A stretch of DNA of 63,931 nucleotides, counting the filler, from Octopus bimaculoides (lineage: Eukaryota): the NCBI RefSeq assembly GCF_001194135.2. It is 7 parts of 6 records of this genome, joined end to end, with 100 filler letters (N's around TTAATTAATTAA, not from the genome) between each part and the next. Parts side by side here need not be neighbours in the genome. Positions count along the whole stretch, not along the records: positions 62,697 to 63,931 come from NC_068981.1; 6 more parts are not named here. One strand, given 5' to 3'. A program made the position numbers and the translations under genes. This document shows positions 62,710 through 63,931 of the stretch, piece after piece (position 1 is the first letter of the stretch; every line of letters begins with the position of its first letter). Under the pieces are notes generated by a model, which saw nothing but the letters and a program-made list of their open reading frames with translations, was not told the DNA's origin and made no database searches.

Positions 62710-63165
62710 TTTGGTCGACAATATAGGTGCGTTTTGATTTTTTAATTGCATTGATTTTTGTGTATTATCAGATCATTAAAATGGAATGTCAAGTGGATAA
62801 AACATTTTCGACATCATTTGCTTTTTGCATTTAATCGAGCTGATAAGCCCGCCGAAGCTGCTCGTGAGATTTGTGCTGTGTATGGAGAAAGAGCAATGCC
62901 AAGAAGTACGGCTATCTGTTGGTTTTCGCGCTTCAAAATTGGGAATTTTGGCTTCAAGGAGGGATAACACGCCGTTCGACAAATTGAGTTCGATGAGGAG
63001 AGATTGAATCAACGAAAATCCACATCAAACGACCAGAAATTTGACGGAGCAGATCAATTGTCATCAAATATATATGGTAAACCACTTTCACTCTATGGGC
63101 GAGGTTCAGAAACTCTGCGCTTCGGTGCTGCACATAGCGAAAACAACAGAAATCAAACACACAGC
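62710..63165 (+). mobile_element. Mariner (Tc1/mariner) fragment: 5' end and HTH region of transposase, frameshifted
   Basis: ATG at 62781. MECQVDK..HFRHHLLFAFN..AAREICAVYGE..WFSRFK.GNF, EFDEERLNQ, ENPHQTTR, HFHSMGEVQKL (WVPH-like region). Confidence 0.85.
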
Positions 63166-63931
63166 ACACACACACCCAAATATCCACGCACCGCAGACAC
63201 ATGCACAAGCACAAACAAATACACACCACACACAAGCACACACATACATACACACAAATGCACACCTCACACAAAACATGCACAGACACACCACACACAC
63301 GTACACACACACAAACACACACACACACAAACACACACACACCACACACAAATGCGGAAACACCACACACATACACACGCACACACAAATACACACCGCA
63401 CAAACGCACCTATATACACATACACACACCATACATGCACCCACATAGACACTCCATACATGCACCTACATACACATACACATGCACACATATACACCAC
63501 ATGCACCACACACACCACACACACGCACACACATACACACACACGGTTACACAAATATACACCGTACATAGCATACACACGTACTCACATGCATACACAC
63601 ACCACACACACAATACTTAACTGATAAACAATTATTAATTTCCCAATCTCCATTTTCTTTTCTTTTTTTTCTTCTTGTATATGAATAAAATATATAATCG
63701 TTGCTATTATGCTAAACTATAGCATGTCCAAATTTGGCTTAATGCATTCTTTTCAATATTTACTTCTGCTTTCAATAGCCGGTTCTTTTTGACAAAATAA
63801 GCTGTTTTCATGTGCTTGAGATGCCAAGATATCAAAAATGGTCCATGTGTAGTACAATCGTTTTACTATGGAATGGTGGGACATTTTTTTCCTGAAAAAG
63901 TAACGTTTTGGACTTACAATAACTTTGTATA

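Overview
Repeat-dense animal genomic DNA, not prokaryotic. The SINE, RTE and microsatellite landscape looks like Octopus (cephalopod); that is my recognition and was not checked by a search. The window is a patchwork. Six 100-bp joins (44N+TTAATTAATTAA+44N) and about eleven ordinary N-gaps split it, so long-range adjacency is uncertain. Almost all ORFs in the supplied track are translations of microsatellites, gaps or dead transposons. Best-supported content: (1) two in-phase + strand coding exons of an unidentified host gene (3478-3602, 6208-6322/6502) plus several weaker candidate exons; (2) a full-length but dead piggyBac (22222-24607, TTAA TSD, TIRs) whose transposase appears to have carried a spliceosomal intron; (3) a 5'-truncated RTE LINE (about 30000-31498) with a PHD-like Cys cluster inside its RT region; (4) fragments of R4/Dong-like, Jockey/I-like, CR1-like and L1/Tx1-like LINEs, a mariner, an LTR with a tRNA-Trp PBS, and a probable Penelope terminal repeat with degenerate hammerhead motifs; (5) at least four tRNA-type SINE families, and hAT and piggyBac MITEs; (6) a tRNA-His pseudogene and a 30-bp minisatellite. 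I found no unambiguous novel biological system. The best leads are the intron-bearing piggyBac, the hammerhead-like inverted repeat, a 9/27-nt microexon candidate, several phase-2 acceptors that could give alternative C-termini, and four perfect CRE sites in the CpG-retaining right half.
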